From contig NC_086108.1 in assembly GCF_963921235.1 (NCBI RefSeq), positions 86,554,001 to 86,618,000 of the forward strand: a DNA stretch of 64,000 nt, given 5' to 3'. The stretch is from Mobula hypostoma (taxonomy: Eukaryota). The notes under the pieces are model-generated. The model was not told the origin of the DNA. It did no database searches and worked only from the letters and a program-made list of their open reading frames with translations. Shown here one piece after another: positions 1 through 13,025 of this stretch. Every line of letters starts with the position of its first letter. Within the stretch, counting starts at the first letter, position 1. The position numbers were made by a program, and so were the translations under genes.

Positions 1-902
1 TCTTCTCAGTGAACACAAATGTAAAATACTCATTAAGGACCTCACTCACATCCTCCACATCCAGGAAAATGCTTCTCCCCCTTTATCCTACCCACTCCCT
101 ATTTATACTCTTGCTCTTGATATATGTGTAGAGTGTTTTGGAATTCTTTTAAATCCCCCTTGCCAAGGACTTTTCATGTCCCTTCCTGGTTTTCCTAATT
201 TCCTTCTTGAGTTGTTTTCTCGCATATTTATAATGTTTGATTCTAGCTTCTTAAGCTTTACATAATTTTCCTTTTCCTTTTTGACTAAATTTTTCCTCTA
301 TTCCTTTCCTCTCTTGATATACAAGCTCCTCTTACCTTGCCATCCTTTTCTTTCCTTCTGTCTGGAACATGGCTGTCCTGTACTCTGTGCATTTGGACTT
401 TAAATACCCTCCTCACGTCAGATGTGGACTTACCCAAAAACAGCTGTTCCCAATTAACTCTCCCTACTCCCTGCCTACTGGTCTCATATTTTGCCCTGCT
501 CCAATTTACTATACTCCTGCAAGGTCCATACTTATCCTTATCTACTAAGGACTTGTAGTCACTCTTCTCTAACTGCTCACCCACTGAAAGGCTGGCCATC
601 TGGTCAGGCTCATTATCCAACACTAGGTTCAGTTCAGCCCCTCTTCTTTAAGAAACTTTCCTCAATCCTAACAATATTTGCCCCATCTATACCTCTTGTA
701 TTAAGAAGGCCCCTCTTTATATTAGAGAAGTTGAAGACCCCATAAGAACACCCCTATTGTTTTTACACCTTTCCTTAATTTGCTGGTATATTTGTTCCTC
801 AATGTGACTACTGGGGAGTCTATCATGCAATCTCATCAGAATAATTACACACTTCTTATTTTTGAGTTTTACCTGTATAAACTCGGTGGATGAGCCTTCC
901 GT

Positions 903-939
<37 letters not shown>

Positions 940-985
940 TCTGTAAAACAACGAAACCCCGGGACATTAAGCACCCATTCCTATC
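1..985 (-). mobile_element. Old CR1 LINE, endonuclease/linker part of ORF2 (left piece of a split element)
   Basis: Minus ORFs 285..623 (LSVGEQLEKSD...VNWEQLFLGKST) and 717..974 (LNVPGFRCF...IEEQIYQQIKERCKNNRGVLMG) are degenerate CR1 APE-endonuclease/linker peptides. Confidence 0.85.
909..937. repeat. (TA)n microsatellite
   Basis: Direct inspection. Confidence 0.95.
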
Positions 986-1840
986 CCTGGGACAGCATTC
1001 CAGGATGCGTCCTTAAAGCTGGCTGGAGTGTTTACAGACATTTTTAATTTCTCTCTCTCCCAGTGTGTAGTGCCCTTCTGTTTCAAATCATCCATCATTG
1101 TCCCTGTACCTAAGAATACCAAGGTAGCAGGCTGATTGATTGGCGCCCTGTCGCACTCACCTCAATTATAAGCAAATGCTTTGAGAGGCTGGTTAAAGAC
1201 TACATCAGCAGCATGCTACCACCCACACTAGACCCCCTACAATTCACCTACCAACAGAACAGGTCTACTGATGACGCTATAGCCACAGCTCTATACATTG
1301 TCCTCACTCACCTGGAGAAGAGGGATTCATACGTTAGAATGCTGTTCCTGGACTACAGTTCAGCACTCAGCACCATAATTCCCTCCGGACTTGACAGGAA
1401 GCTCAGACCTCAGCCTGCACCCCACCTTGTGCAGCTGGCTTCCTATCCGATCGCTGACAGGTGGTAAGGATGGGCTCCCTCACCTCTGCCCCTCTGACAC
1501 TCAATACAGGTGCCCCCAGCATTGTGTCCTGAGTCCCCTTCTCTATTCCCTTTACACCCACAATTGCGCTGCCACACGCACGTCCAATCTACTGATCGAA
1601 TTTACAGATGACACGACTTTGATCGGCCTTATTTCTAGCCATGATAAGACAACCTGTCCTCTGTAGGCTAACGCTCTGACACAATGGTGCCAGGATAGCA
1701 ACTTCTCCCTCAATGTCCAAAAAACAAAAGAGCTGATTGTGGATTACAAGAGGAACAGGGATGGGCTCGACCCGATCAACATTTGCAGCTGAGAGGGTGA
1801 GTAGTTTCAAGTTCCTCAGTATACACATCAATGATTTCAC
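985..1840 (+). mobile_element. 5'-truncated Rex1/Babar LINE, RT region (left piece)
   Basis: Peptides [38 protein letters not shown]...[25 protein letters not shown] and EFTDDTTLIG; frameshifted. Confidence 0.9.
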
Positions 1841-2003
1841 AAGACAAAGGAGCAGACGTAGGCCATTTGGCCCATCCAGTCTGCTCCGCAGCTCCCCCAT
1901 GAGCGAAACTATTCACCCATCTAGTTCCAATTTCCGGCTTTTTCCCCATATCCCTTGATACCCTGACTAATTAGATACCTATCAATCTCCTCCTTAAACA
2001 CCT

Positions 2004-4700
2004 TCAATGATCGGCCTCCACAGCTGTATGTGGCAATGAATTCCATAAGTCCATGATCCTCTGGCTAAAAAAATTTCTCCTCATCTCTGTTTTAACTGGG
2101 TACCCTCTAATTCTAAGACTATGGCCTCTTGTCCTGAACTCACCCACCAAGGGAAACAACCTTTCCACATCTACTCTGTCCAACCCTTTCAACATTCGAA
2201 ATGTTTCTATGAGATCCCCTCTCATTCTTCTATACTCTAATGAATACAATCCAAGAGCCGACTAACGCTCCTCATATGTTAGCTCCTGCATTCCAGGAAT
2301 CATCCTCGTAAATCTTCTCTGAACTCTCTCCAACATCAGTACATCCTTTCTAAGATAGGGGGCCCAAAACTGCACACAGTATTCCAAATGAGGTCTCACT
2401 AATGCCCCATAGAGCCTCATCAACACCTCCTTACTCTTATACACTATTCCTCTTGACATGAATGCCAACATAGCATTCGCTTTCCCTACCGCCAATCCAA
2501 CTTGGTGGTTAACTATTAGGGTATCTTGCACGAGGACCCCCAAGTCCCTTTGACTTCTGATTTTTGAATTTTCTCCCCATCTAAATAATAATCTGCCCGA
2601 TTATTTCTTCTTCCGAAATGTACAACCGTACATTTGTCAACATTGTATCTCATCTGCCATTTCTTTGCCCACTCTCCTAAACTGACTAAGTCTCTCTGCA
2701 ACCTTTCCGTTTCTTCAACATTTCCTGCTCCTCCACCCATCTTGGTGTCATCCACAAACTTAGCCGCAAAACCATTTAATCCATAATCCAAATCATGGAT
2801 ATACATTGTAAAAAGAAGCGGCCCCAACACCGACCCCTGCAGAACACCACTAGTAACCGGCAACCAATCAGAATAGGATCCCTTTATTCCCACCCTTTGC
2901 TTTCTGCCTATCAGCCAATGCTCCACCCATTCCAATATCTTTCCTGTAATTCCATGGGCTCTTATCTTATTAAGCAGCCTCATATGCGGCACCTTATCGA
3001 AGGCCTTTTGAAAATCCAAATATACAACATCCACAGCCTCTCCCTTGTCAATCTGATTTGAGATTACCTCAAAAAATTCCAATAGGTTGGTGAGACAGGA
3101 TCTTCCCTTCATGAAACCATGCTGGCTTCAGCCTATCTTGTCATGCACCTCGAGGTATTTCATAACCTCGTCCTTGAGGATTGACTCCAATATCTTTCCA
3201 ACTACCAATGTCAGCCTAGAAGGTCTATAATTTTTGCTGCCTCCTTTCTTTCTTAAATAACGGAACTACATTTGCGACCTTCCAGTCCTCCGGAACCATG
3301 CCAGAGTCAATTGATTTCTGGAAGATCATTTCCAATGCTTCCACAATCTCCAAAGCCACCTCCTTCAGAACCCTTGGGTGCACCTCATCCGGACCGGGAG
3401 ACTTATCTATTCTTAGTCCACTTAGCTTCCCAAGCACTTTCTCTCTAGTGATCTTGACTGTACCTAATTCTATTCCCTGATACTTCTGGCTATCAGGTAT
3501 ATTGCTCATGTCTTCCACTGTGAAGACTGATGCAAAATACTCATTCAGTTCCTCCACCATCTCTTTGTTATCCATTATAATTTCTCCAGCATCATTTTCA
3601 ATCGGTCCCATATCTACCCTTGTCACTCTTTTACTCTTCATATATTTAAAAAAACTCTTAGTATCCTTTTTTATGTTAATCGCCAACTTCCTTTCATAAT
3701 TCATCTTTTCTTTCCTAATGACTTTATTAGTTTCCTTCTGTAAGTTTTTAAAAGTCTTCCGGTCCTCATTTTTCCCACTAATTTTTGCTTCCTTGTACGC
3801 CGTTTCTTTTGCTTTTATTTTTGCCTTAACCTCTCTCGTTAGCCACATTTGTGCCATTTTTCCATTCATGATTTTCTTTTTTCTTGGAATATATTTTTCC
3901 CGCATTTTCCTTATTTCTTGTAGGAATTTCATCCAATTCTGCTCTGCCGTCCCTCCATTTGGCTTACTTTTCCAATTGACTTGGGCCAGTTCCTCTCTCA
4001 TACCACTGTAATTTCCCCTGTTCCACTGAAATATCGATACACCTGATACCAGCTTCTCCTTTTCAAATTTGAAACTGAACTCAATCATATTATGATCACT
4101 ACTTCCAAGGGGTTCCTTTACCTCCAGCTCCCTAATCGCCTCAGGTTCGTTACACAGCACCCAATCCAAAACAGCCGGTCCCCTGGTGGGCTTCTGGACA
4201 AGTTGCTCCAAAAAGCCATCCTGTAGGCATTCTACAAACTCCCTCTCCTGAAATCCATTACCTTCCTGACTTTCCCAATCCACTTTCATATTAAAATCCC
4301 CCATAATTATCTTGACATTTTCCTTCTGACACGCTTTTTCTATTTCCAGCTGCAACTTGTAGTCCACATCCCGGCTGCTGTTTGGAGGCCTGTATATAAC
4401 TGCTATTAGGTCTTTTTACCCTTGCCATTTCTTAATTCTACCCATAAGGATTCTACCTCTTCTGATCCTATGTCCCTTCTTTCTATTGATTTGATATCGT
4501 TACTTACCATCAGGGCCACGCCACCCCCTTTACCTACCTTCCTATCCTTCCTGTACACTGTGTATCCTGGGACATTCAGCTCCCAATCACATCCCTCATT
4601 TAGCCATGACTAGGTGATGGCCACAATATCATATCTTTTAACCTGCACTTTATTTCTAATGCTGCGTGCATTTAAGTACAGTACACTTAGATCAGTATCC
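2004..4700 (-). pseudogene. CR1 ORF2 (APE endonuclease + reverse transcriptase), broken by stops and frameshifts
   Basis: Pieces 3225..4367, 2516..3112, 2262..2543 and 2004..2249; EN start YLNARSIRNK near 4680 is followed by an in-frame stop near 4610. Confidence 0.9.
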
Positions 4701-4851
4701 GTTGTCGATTTTGCTATATTTCTATTTTGCAGCAAATTATCCTGTATATTCACTGGCCTGTCCTTGCCGTCTTTGTTGCACAGTATTTTTGACTTATTTC
4801 TATTTTCCTCTTCCTCGACCCTAACACCTTGGATTCCTTCCCCTTGCCAAC

Positions 4852-5709
4852 TTAGTTTAAACCCTCCCTAACAGCTATATTAAACAATCCCACCAGGATA
4901 TTAGTACCTTTTGAGTTCAGGTGTAATCCATCTTTTTTGTATAAGTCATACCTTCCCCAAAATAGATCCCAATGATTCAAGAATCTGAAGCCCTGCCCCC
5001 TGCACCAGTTACTTAACCACACATTCATCTGCTTAATTCTGCTATTCTTACCATCATTAGCGTGCAGCTCAGGCAGCAATCCTGATATTATTACTCTGGA
5101 GGTCCGGCTTTTCAATTTTCTTCCTAGCTCCCAGTAAACTTTCTTCAGGACCTCCTCTCTTTTTCTGTCTATGTCATTGGTACCAACATGTACCAAGACT
5201 ACCGGCTGCTCGCCCTCTTTCCTCAGAATACTCTGGACTCGATCTGAGACATCCCGTACCTGGGCACCAGGGAGGCAACACACCATCCGGGTATCCTTGT
5301 CCGGCTCGCAGAATCTCTTGTCCGTTCCCCTTACGATGGAATCCCCTATAACTACCGCGTTTCTTCTTGCTCTCTTGATTTCGGCACTGGGCAGAACGCC
5401 AGAGTCTTGTTCACTGTGGTCCTCCTCTGTCAGGTCTGCCTCTTCAGCAGTATCCAAAACGATATATCGATTTCTGAGGGGGACTGTCACAGGGGCGCTA
5501 TCCACTACCTCTCTATAGGTAGTATCTATCACCTCCTCACTTTCCCTAAATAGCCGAAGGTCATCAATTTCCATCTCCAGCTCCTTAACACGGTCCTTCA
5601 GGAGCCTCATCTCAGTGCACCTGGTGCAGATGTAATCCTTGGGGAGGCTGGGAGTCTCCCAGGGTCCCCTCATCTGGCACTCCAAGCACAACACTAATCC
5701 TAGAGGCAT
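4852..5709 (-). CDS. CR1 ORF1 protein: zinc finger, coiled coil and SGNH/GDSL esterase domain
   Basis: Open frame from ATG at 5709: CLEC...CTRC, heptad LKDRVKELEMEIDDL, and SGNH blocks VIGDSIV, CLPGA, HVGTND, DGLHLN. Confidence 0.85.
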   Translation of the reverse strand: MPLGLVLCLECQMRGPWETPSLPKDYICTRCTEMRLLKDRVKELEMEIDDLRLFRESEEVIDTTYREVVDSAPVTVPLRNRYIVLDTAEEADLTEEDHSEQDSGVLPSAEIKRARRNAVVIGDSIVRGTDKRFCEPDKDTRMVCCLPGAQVRDVSDRVQSILRKEGEQPVVLVHVGTNDIDRKREEVLKKVYWELGRKLKSRTSRVIISGLLPELHANDGKNSRIKQMNVWLSNWCRGQGFRFLNHWDLFWGRYDLYKKDGLHLNSKGTNILVGLFNIAVREGLN

Positions 5710-5882
5710 ACCTTTAGTGCTACTGTTTATACTAAATACTAAAAAACTGTAACTTACTCCGTTACTATGAGACTCAACGGTCACAGAAAGCCTCTTCCCG
5801 TCTCCGCCGAATCTCTTTGAGCCAAAGCCCTTTCACTCTGCACCCTCTCACTCCGCAGCCGGCTCCGATGCTGCCCACTGGA

Positions 5883-5942
5883 TATGGCGGTTTTCTTTTT
5901 AAACTGTTCGCGCTCAACTGGCTGACGTCACGCGCCTGCGCA
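5883..5942. promoter_or_regulatory. Putative internal Pol II promoter of the CR1 5'UTR
   Basis: CpG-rich patch with ATGGCGG (YY1-like core), TGACGTCA (CRE, 5923-5930) and adjoining CGCGCCTGCGCA (NRF1-like, 5931-5942). Confidence 0.55.
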
Positions 5943-6031
5943 GTCTGGCTTCTGTCCTACTCTGAGAAATAAAATGTCTTCTTGCTGGAAATCCTTAGCC
6001 TCTTACCGCTGTCTTCTTGATCCGAAGAGAA

Positions 6032-6555
6032 ATCTCACCTGGCCTGTACACACTGGCTTTGTGACAAAAAAAGCACAACAGTGTCTCTTCCACCTCAGGT
6101 GACTGAAGAAGTTTGGCATGGGCCCCCGAATCCTCAAGGCCTTCTACAGAGGCACCATTGAGAGCATACTGGCTGGCTATATAACCGCCTGGTATGAGAA
6201 CTGCACCAACCTTGATCGCTGGACACTACAGGGAATGGTACAGACAGCCCAGCACATCTGTAGATGTGAACTTCCCTCCAGTGAGGACATTTATCACGGC
6301 AAGTGAAGAAAGAAGGTGTAGAAGATCATCAGGGACACCAGTCACCCCAACCATAAACTGTTGTAGCTGCTTCCATCTGGCAAACGGTACCACAACGTTA
6401 AAGCCAGGACCAACAGACTACAGGACGGCTTCTTTCTACAAGCCATATTTACTAGACTCTTAAATTCACATGGCTATACATTGCAACGGAGTCATAACAC
6501 AACGTTTATAACACCCTGTGGGATGGATGTAAGATTTAAATAAATTCTAAGTTCT
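6032..6555 (+). mobile_element. Rex1/Babar LINE, C-terminus and 3' tail (right piece)
   Basis: LTWPVHT...KKAQQCLFHL and ILKAFYRGTIESILAGYITAWY continue the peptide that stops near 1830 (SFKFLSIHI). Confidence 0.88.
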
Positions 6556-6795
6556 CTGTAAATGCCACAACAACATAGTTATATGTACTAATCCATTCTC
6601 TCAGTTCATCAATTTTACCAATAACGCTCCTAGCGTTAAAATATTATTACTTCAAACTATCCATCATATCATGTCTATTACTTTGCTTCTGCCTATTTTT
6701 ATCTAACTTCCTCTCCATCCCTCCACTATCTGACCTGGCACTCTGGTTCCCAACTACACCTCCCCTCCTCCCCCACCACCACCCCCGCCAAAACT
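6556..6795 (-). mobile_element. Old CR1 LINE, start of endonuclease (right piece of the 1..985 element)
   Basis: Reverse strand reads YFNARSVIGKIDELREWISTYNYVVVAFTE, the segment just N-terminal of WVLNVPG near 975. Confidence 0.8.
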
Positions 6796-6954
6796 GTGTA
6801 CCCACTAAAGTGGCCACAGACCATACTGTGCATCGACCAGTACAGGGACAGGGAGAGGCCATTCTGTCCACAGTGTTCAGTCTGGTCACTGTGTAGTCAG
6901 TCGTGATAGAACATGGAATATCGAACAGTACAGGGACAGGAAGAGGCCATTCTG

Positions 6955-7190
6955 CAGATCTGGGCCATACCCTCCAAATATCCGGACCTGTCTCTCGGTT
7001 TTTTTGCACTACCTTACTTTCCATTTTTCTATTTTCTATTTAGGATTCATAATTTAAATTTTTAATATTTACTATCGATTTGTAATCCAGGGAGCGGGAA
7101 GAGCAGAATCAAATATCGCTGTGATGATTATACGTTCTAGTATCCATTGTTTGGTGATAATGAAGTATAAAGTATAAAAAGTATAAAGTA
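6955..7190 (+). mobile_element. LINE 3'UTR fragment ending in an (AAGTATA)n-like tail
   Basis: AT-rich 3'UTR-type sequence ending gaagtataaagtataaaaagtataaagta; family not determined. Confidence 0.55.
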
Positions 7191-10100
7191 AAATTATAGA
7201 TATATATATATAGACATATACACATATATCATGAAATATGTCAGTGATAATAAACCTGATTCTGATTCTAATCTTTTGATTCATTTGCCTCTTGTTCAAT
7301 AATTAAATTGACCTGAACAGGTTGATGATATGAAAGCAATGTTCAGATTAAGCAATGGCTCCAGTTTCCTGATGAGTGGGACTTCTGCTGGAAGTGGTAT
7401 TGGCATTCAAAATCAGATTCAGATTCAGATTCATTAATTTACCACATGTACATCAAAACAGTGAAATGCAGCTTTTGCGTTAACAACTAACACAACCTAA
7501 CGATGTGATGGGGATGGCCCCCAGATGTCACCACAATTCAAAATCAAGTGAATATTGCTTGTTATGCACGGTTCATTATTAAAAATAGTATGAATAGTTC
7601 AGTTTCCATTCAAATATCTCCATATGTCAGATGATGTAGAAGAATACATAATATACAGGATAGCTAGTAATAAATCCAACACTAATGAAGGAGAAATTAC
7701 TCTGAGAAAGATTACATGAGAGGAGAAGAGATCAGAAAGAATCTAATAATCACTGTGACGAAGTAGATAGAACAACCGGAGATTCACATTCAGTGTAAAC
7801 ACCAGCATAGACCAATTGGGTGAAATGGCCAGTTCCTGTGCTAGATCACTTCATCACAGTGAACATAAGTGCTACTGGATAATAGTCATTGAGGTAGGTT
7901 CCCCACATTCTTCTTTAGCACCGATATGATTGAAGCCTGCTTGAAGCAGCCGGGTACCTCATACTGCCGAAGCGAGAGGTTAAAGGTATCAGTGAACAGT
8001 CCAGCTCATTGATTAACACAGGTCTCGGATCTAACTGATACTACAAACTGTGAACTCACTTTCAAGGACTCCACAACGCATGCTCTTATTATTTATCATT
8101 CATTCATTCACTCATTTATCTTTCTATTTATTTATTTATTTATTTATCTATCTATCTTAATTTGCAGTTTGTCTTTTGCACATTACTTGTTTGCCAGTCG
8201 TTGTATGTAATACTTCATTGATACTATTGTCTTTCTTTGTTCTATTGTGAATTCCTGCAAGCAAGTGAAGTTAAAGTTTGTATATGGCACCATATACATA
8301 CCTTGATAATAGACTCACTTTAAATATGATCTTTGATCTTTGAGGTATTCTGTGTAAGGATGTGATCATACTAATTGCTGTTGGATGCCTGCTGTTGAAA
8401 TGCTGAGCAGTCAAAAAATCGTTCCTTTTCCTTTGTAATCTTACTGAAGGGATGCAATTGGTCTCATATCAAGGAACTAGCTGTAAAACAGAATTTTGCA
8501 TTTAAAATCTCCTAAACTGGTATTGTCTTTGCAGAGGACGTATTTCAGTGGCAAATAATGCATTCAGCAGGCACTGGGAAAGTTCAATTTGAATCACTGG
8601 AATGGAGCACTGCTGTTCCACAATGTAAATTTGAATGAGATAACCAAATAAACTCTGTTGCTGTTGTGTCCTAGAGGCAGTTTTGTATCAATAGACGTAT
8701 TAGCAGTGTTGATTCCTTAAGTAGTGCACAACAGGAATATCATAAATGTTGCAGAAACATTTTTGTTTCAAACTGTATTCACAGCCTTACAGTACTTGCT
8801 TTCTCATCCTGGACTCTTTTAACAGTCCCAATGCATAAGAGAAAGGGAAATAGAAAATGGAAAGATTTGATTTTGTATTGGGATGGAGGGCCCAGATGAG
8901 ATCTTGTTTAACACAGCTCACAGAATGCAGAAATACTTCGACTCAAGGCTACATGGAAAATTTATGTGTAATTCCAAACAACAAGTAGTCAAGTGCTATT
9001 TTCCCTTGTTCGAGATACCCTTCAGATATACATCAAGAATATTTTCTGAGACTGGGATTTCAGTGAGTCTTTTCTCTGCAGCACTGTTCTCACATGAAAA
9101 TGTTACCGGTATATCCAAATAACCTTCTGGGGTCTATTTGTATTGGAGATCTAATCAAAGGTTTAACTCATTCACTGTCATCTGATTTGTGACCTAGGAA
9201 TTGAAGCTCCATTGCCCGTGTTTTATCGACCAGACTTGATTGATGTTAATTGAGATGTAATTACTTACCACGGCACCTAACACAGCACAGCTCCTACTCT
9301 TCATCGAATAGTATCATAGAATCTTTTACAATCATTATAGGGAGGAAGGTTGGCAGACAGAACTGAGTTTAATGTCCCATCTATAAGGAGGTACCAGTGA
9401 CAGTACAATAGCTCTGATTGTGAAGTATGCTCTTGATCATGAGTTATGCAACATCTCAGGAGAACTCAAGGTCCTTCTATTATATCTCTCTAAGGCCAAA
9501 GTCACAGTTTATTGCCATATGCATAAGTGCTTACGTGCAATGAAAAACAGACTTGCAGCAACATCATAAGCACATAGTATAATAAAGCAACATTCACAAA
9601 AGAAATATAATTCTTTTCCCAACAAACACAAATGGAACAGAACAATATCATTTTCATGCTAAGTGATCAAAGTGATGCTAAACCATAAGACATAGGAGCT
9701 GATCTTATTTTCTATCTCCTCCTCAACCCCAGTTCCCGGCCTTATCCCCGTAACCTTTGATGTCACATCCAATCAAAAACCTATCAATCTCTGCCTTAAA
9801 TACACCCAACGACCTGACCTCCACATAGAATCATAAAGCAATAAATTATTTGCGGCACCAAATTCCACAAATTCACCACCAGTTTTGCTGGTTGGTTCAA
9901 GAACTGAATGGCTGAAGGGCGTAGCAATTTCTTGAACCTGGATGTGCAGGACTTCAAGTTTCCGTAGGTCTTGCCAATTGGTAGCTACGAAAAGACCTAC
10001 ATAGTGGCAATCTTTGATCATAGATGCTGCCTTGTGATAATAAGAAAGAGCTCATGTGAGCAAGGAGAAATTGCCAATAGCAGGGATCACAACTGCCAAT

Positions 10101-10309
10101 CGGAGCTTCTAATCGTTAAAGTTCAAAGTAAATTTTTCAAAGTACATATATATCACCATAAATTACCCTGAGAATCATTTTCTTGCAGGCATTTGCAGTA
10201 AATACAAAGAAACATAATAGAATCAATGAAAATTACACACAAAGATGGTCAAACAATCAATGTGCAAAAGACAACAAATTGTGCAAATACGGACAGAAAA
10301 ACATAATAA

Positions 10310-12757
10310 AGCATAGAATAGTACAGCACAGTACAGGCCCTTCAGCCCACAATGTTGTGCTGACCCTTAAACCCTGCCTCCCATATAAATTCCCATATGA
10401 GAATCAGCAAACTCATTCGTAAGGCCAGTGATGTTGTGGGGATGGAACTGGACTCTCTGACAGTGGTGTCTGAAAAGAGGATGCTATCTAAGTTTCATGC
10501 CATCTTGGACAATGTCTCCCATCCACTACATAATGTATTGGATGGGCACAGGAGTACATTCAGCCAGAGACTCATTCCACCGAGATGCAGCACAGAGCAT
10601 CATAGGAAGTCATTCCTGCCTGTGGCCATCAAACTTTACAACTCCTCCCTTGGAGGGTCAGACACCCTGAGCCAATAGGCTGGTCCTGGACTTATTTCAT
10701 AATTTACTGGCATAATTTACATATTGCTATTTAGCTATTTATGGTTTTACTACTATTTATTATTTATGGTGCAACTGTAATGAAAACAAATTTCCCCCGG
10801 GATCAATAAAGTATGACTATGACTATGACTATAACACCCCACCTTAAATTCCTTCATATACCTGTCTAGTAGTCTCTTAAATTTCACAAGTGTACCTGTC
10901 TCCACCACTGACTCAGATAGTGCATTTTACGCACCAACCACTCTCTGGGTAAAAAAAACTTTCCTCTAATATCCCCCCTGAACTTCCCACCCCTTACCTT
11001 AAAGCCATGTCCTCTTGTATTGAGCAGTGGTGCCCTGGGGAAGAGGCGCTGGCTATGCACTCTATCTATTCCTCATATCTTGTATACCTCTATCATGTCT
11101 CCACTCATCCCCCTTCTCCCCAAAGAGTAAAGCTCTAGCTCCCTTAATCTCTGATCATAATGCATACTCTCTAAGCCAGGCAGCAACCTGGTAGATATCC
11201 TCTGTACCATTTCCAATGCTTCCACATCTTTCCGATAGTGAGGCGACCAGAATTGGACACAGTACTCCAACTGTGGCCTCACCAGAGTTTTATAGAGCTG
11301 CATCATTACCCTGCGACTCTTAAAATCTATCCCTCAACTTATGAAAGCTAACACCCCATAAGCTTTCTTAACTGCCCTATCTACCTGTGAGGCAATTTTC
11401 AGTGATCTGTGAACATGTAACCCAGATCCCTCTGCTTCTCCACACTACCAAGTATCCTGCCATTTACTTTGTACTCTGCCTTGGAATTTGTCCTTCCAAA
11501 GTGTACCACCTCACACTTCTCTGGGTTGAACTCCATCTGCCACTTCTCGGCCCACGTCTGCATCCTACCAATGTCTCTCTGCAATCTTCAACAATCCTCT
11601 ACATTATCCACAACACCACCAACCTTTGTGTCATCTACAAACTTGCCAACCCACCTTTCTACCCCCACATCCAGGTCATTAATAAAAATCACGAAAAGTA
11701 GATGTCCCAGAACCGATCCTTGTGGGACATCACTGGTCACAACCCTCCAGTCCGAATGTACTCCCTCCACCATGACCCTCTGCTTTCTGCAGGCAAGCCA
11801 ATTCTGAATCCACCTGGCCAAACTTCCCTGGATCCCATGTCTTCTGACTTTCTGAATAAGCCTACCATGTGGAACCTTGTCAAATGCCTTACTAAAATCC
11901 ATATAGATCACATCCATTGCACTACCCTCATCTATATGCCTGGTCAACTCCTCAAAGAACTCTGTCAGGCTTGTTAGACACAATCTGCCCTTCACAAAGC
12001 CACTGACTGTCCCTGATCAGACCATGAATCTCTAAATGCCCGTAGATCCTATCTCTAAGAATCTTTTCCAACAGCTTTCCCAGCACAGACGTAAGGCTCA
12101 CTGGTCTATAATTACCCGGACTACCTTTTTTGAACAAGAGGACAGCATTCGCCTCCCTCCAATCCTCCGGTACCATTCCTGTGGACAACGAGCACATAAA
12201 GATCCTAGCCAGAGGCTCAGCAATCTCTTCCCTCGCCTCGTGGAGCAGCCTAGGGAATATTCCATCAGGCCCCAGGGATTTACCTGTCCTAATGTATTTT
12301 AACAACTCCAACACCTCCTCTCCCTTAATAACAACATGCTCCAGAACAACAACCTCACTCATATTGTCCTCACCATCATCAAGTTCCCTCTCATTGGTGA
12401 ATACCGAAGAAAAGTATTCATTGAGGACCTCGCTCACTTTCACAGCCTCCAGGCACATCTTCCCACCTTTATCTCTAATCAGTCCCATCTTCACTCCTGT
12501 CATCCTTTTGTTCGTCACATAATTGAAGAATGCCTTGGGGTTTTCCTTTACCCTACTCACCATGCCCCCTTCTTGCTCTCCTCAGCCCCTTCTTAAGCTC
12601 CTTTCTTGCTACCCTATATTCCTCAATAGACCCATCTGATCCTTGCTTCCTAAAACTCATGTATGCTGCCTTATTCCACCTGACTAGATTCTCCACTTCA
12701 CTTGTCACCCATGGTTCCTTCACCCTACCATACTTTATCTTCCTCACCGGGACAAAT
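10310..12757 (-). mobile_element. 5'-truncated CR1 LINE (RT to 3' tail), frameshifted
   Basis: ORFs 11952..12563, 11588..11995 (YMDFSKAFDKVPH, PQGSVLG, KFVDDTK), 11399..11584 and 11073..11306; tail catagaatagtacagcac near 10312. Confidence 0.92.
10397..10830 (+). mobile_element. Rex1/Babar-type 3' fragment with (TATGAC)n tail, inserted in the CR1 3'UTR
   Basis: Peptide SHPLHNVL...RKSFLPVAIKLYNSS, nearly identical to that of 43692..44531; AATAAA followed by tatgac repeats. Confidence 0.88.
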
Positions 12758-13025
12758 TTAATAATAATAGATAAATGATATTGAGAAAATTAGTGTAGAG
12801 TCCTTTAAAATGAAAATAGTCTTGAAAAAGTGCTGGATGGAGAAAAATAACAGAGGAGACTGGTGCTGGAAAATGAAAATTGGAGATTCTTTAGGATATT
12901 CTGTTTCTTTTTCATTTCATCTGAAAGTACCTCAAATTATCTATCAATAAACTAAAGGTCTTCCACTTATATAATGCCTTTTACAAACTGGTGATGTTCT
13001 GGAGAGTTTTACATTCATGGATCTA

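Larger units (their letters stand above)
1841..6031 (-). mobile_element. Near full-length CR1 LINE (5'UTR, ORF1, disrupted ORF2, 3' tail)
   Basis: Colinear ORF1, EN, RT (YLDFQKAFDKVPH, QGSVLGPLLF, KFVDDTK) and C-terminal peptides (VRPHLEYCVQFW, RGDLIETF); Rex1 sequence resumes on both sides. Confidence 0.95.
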
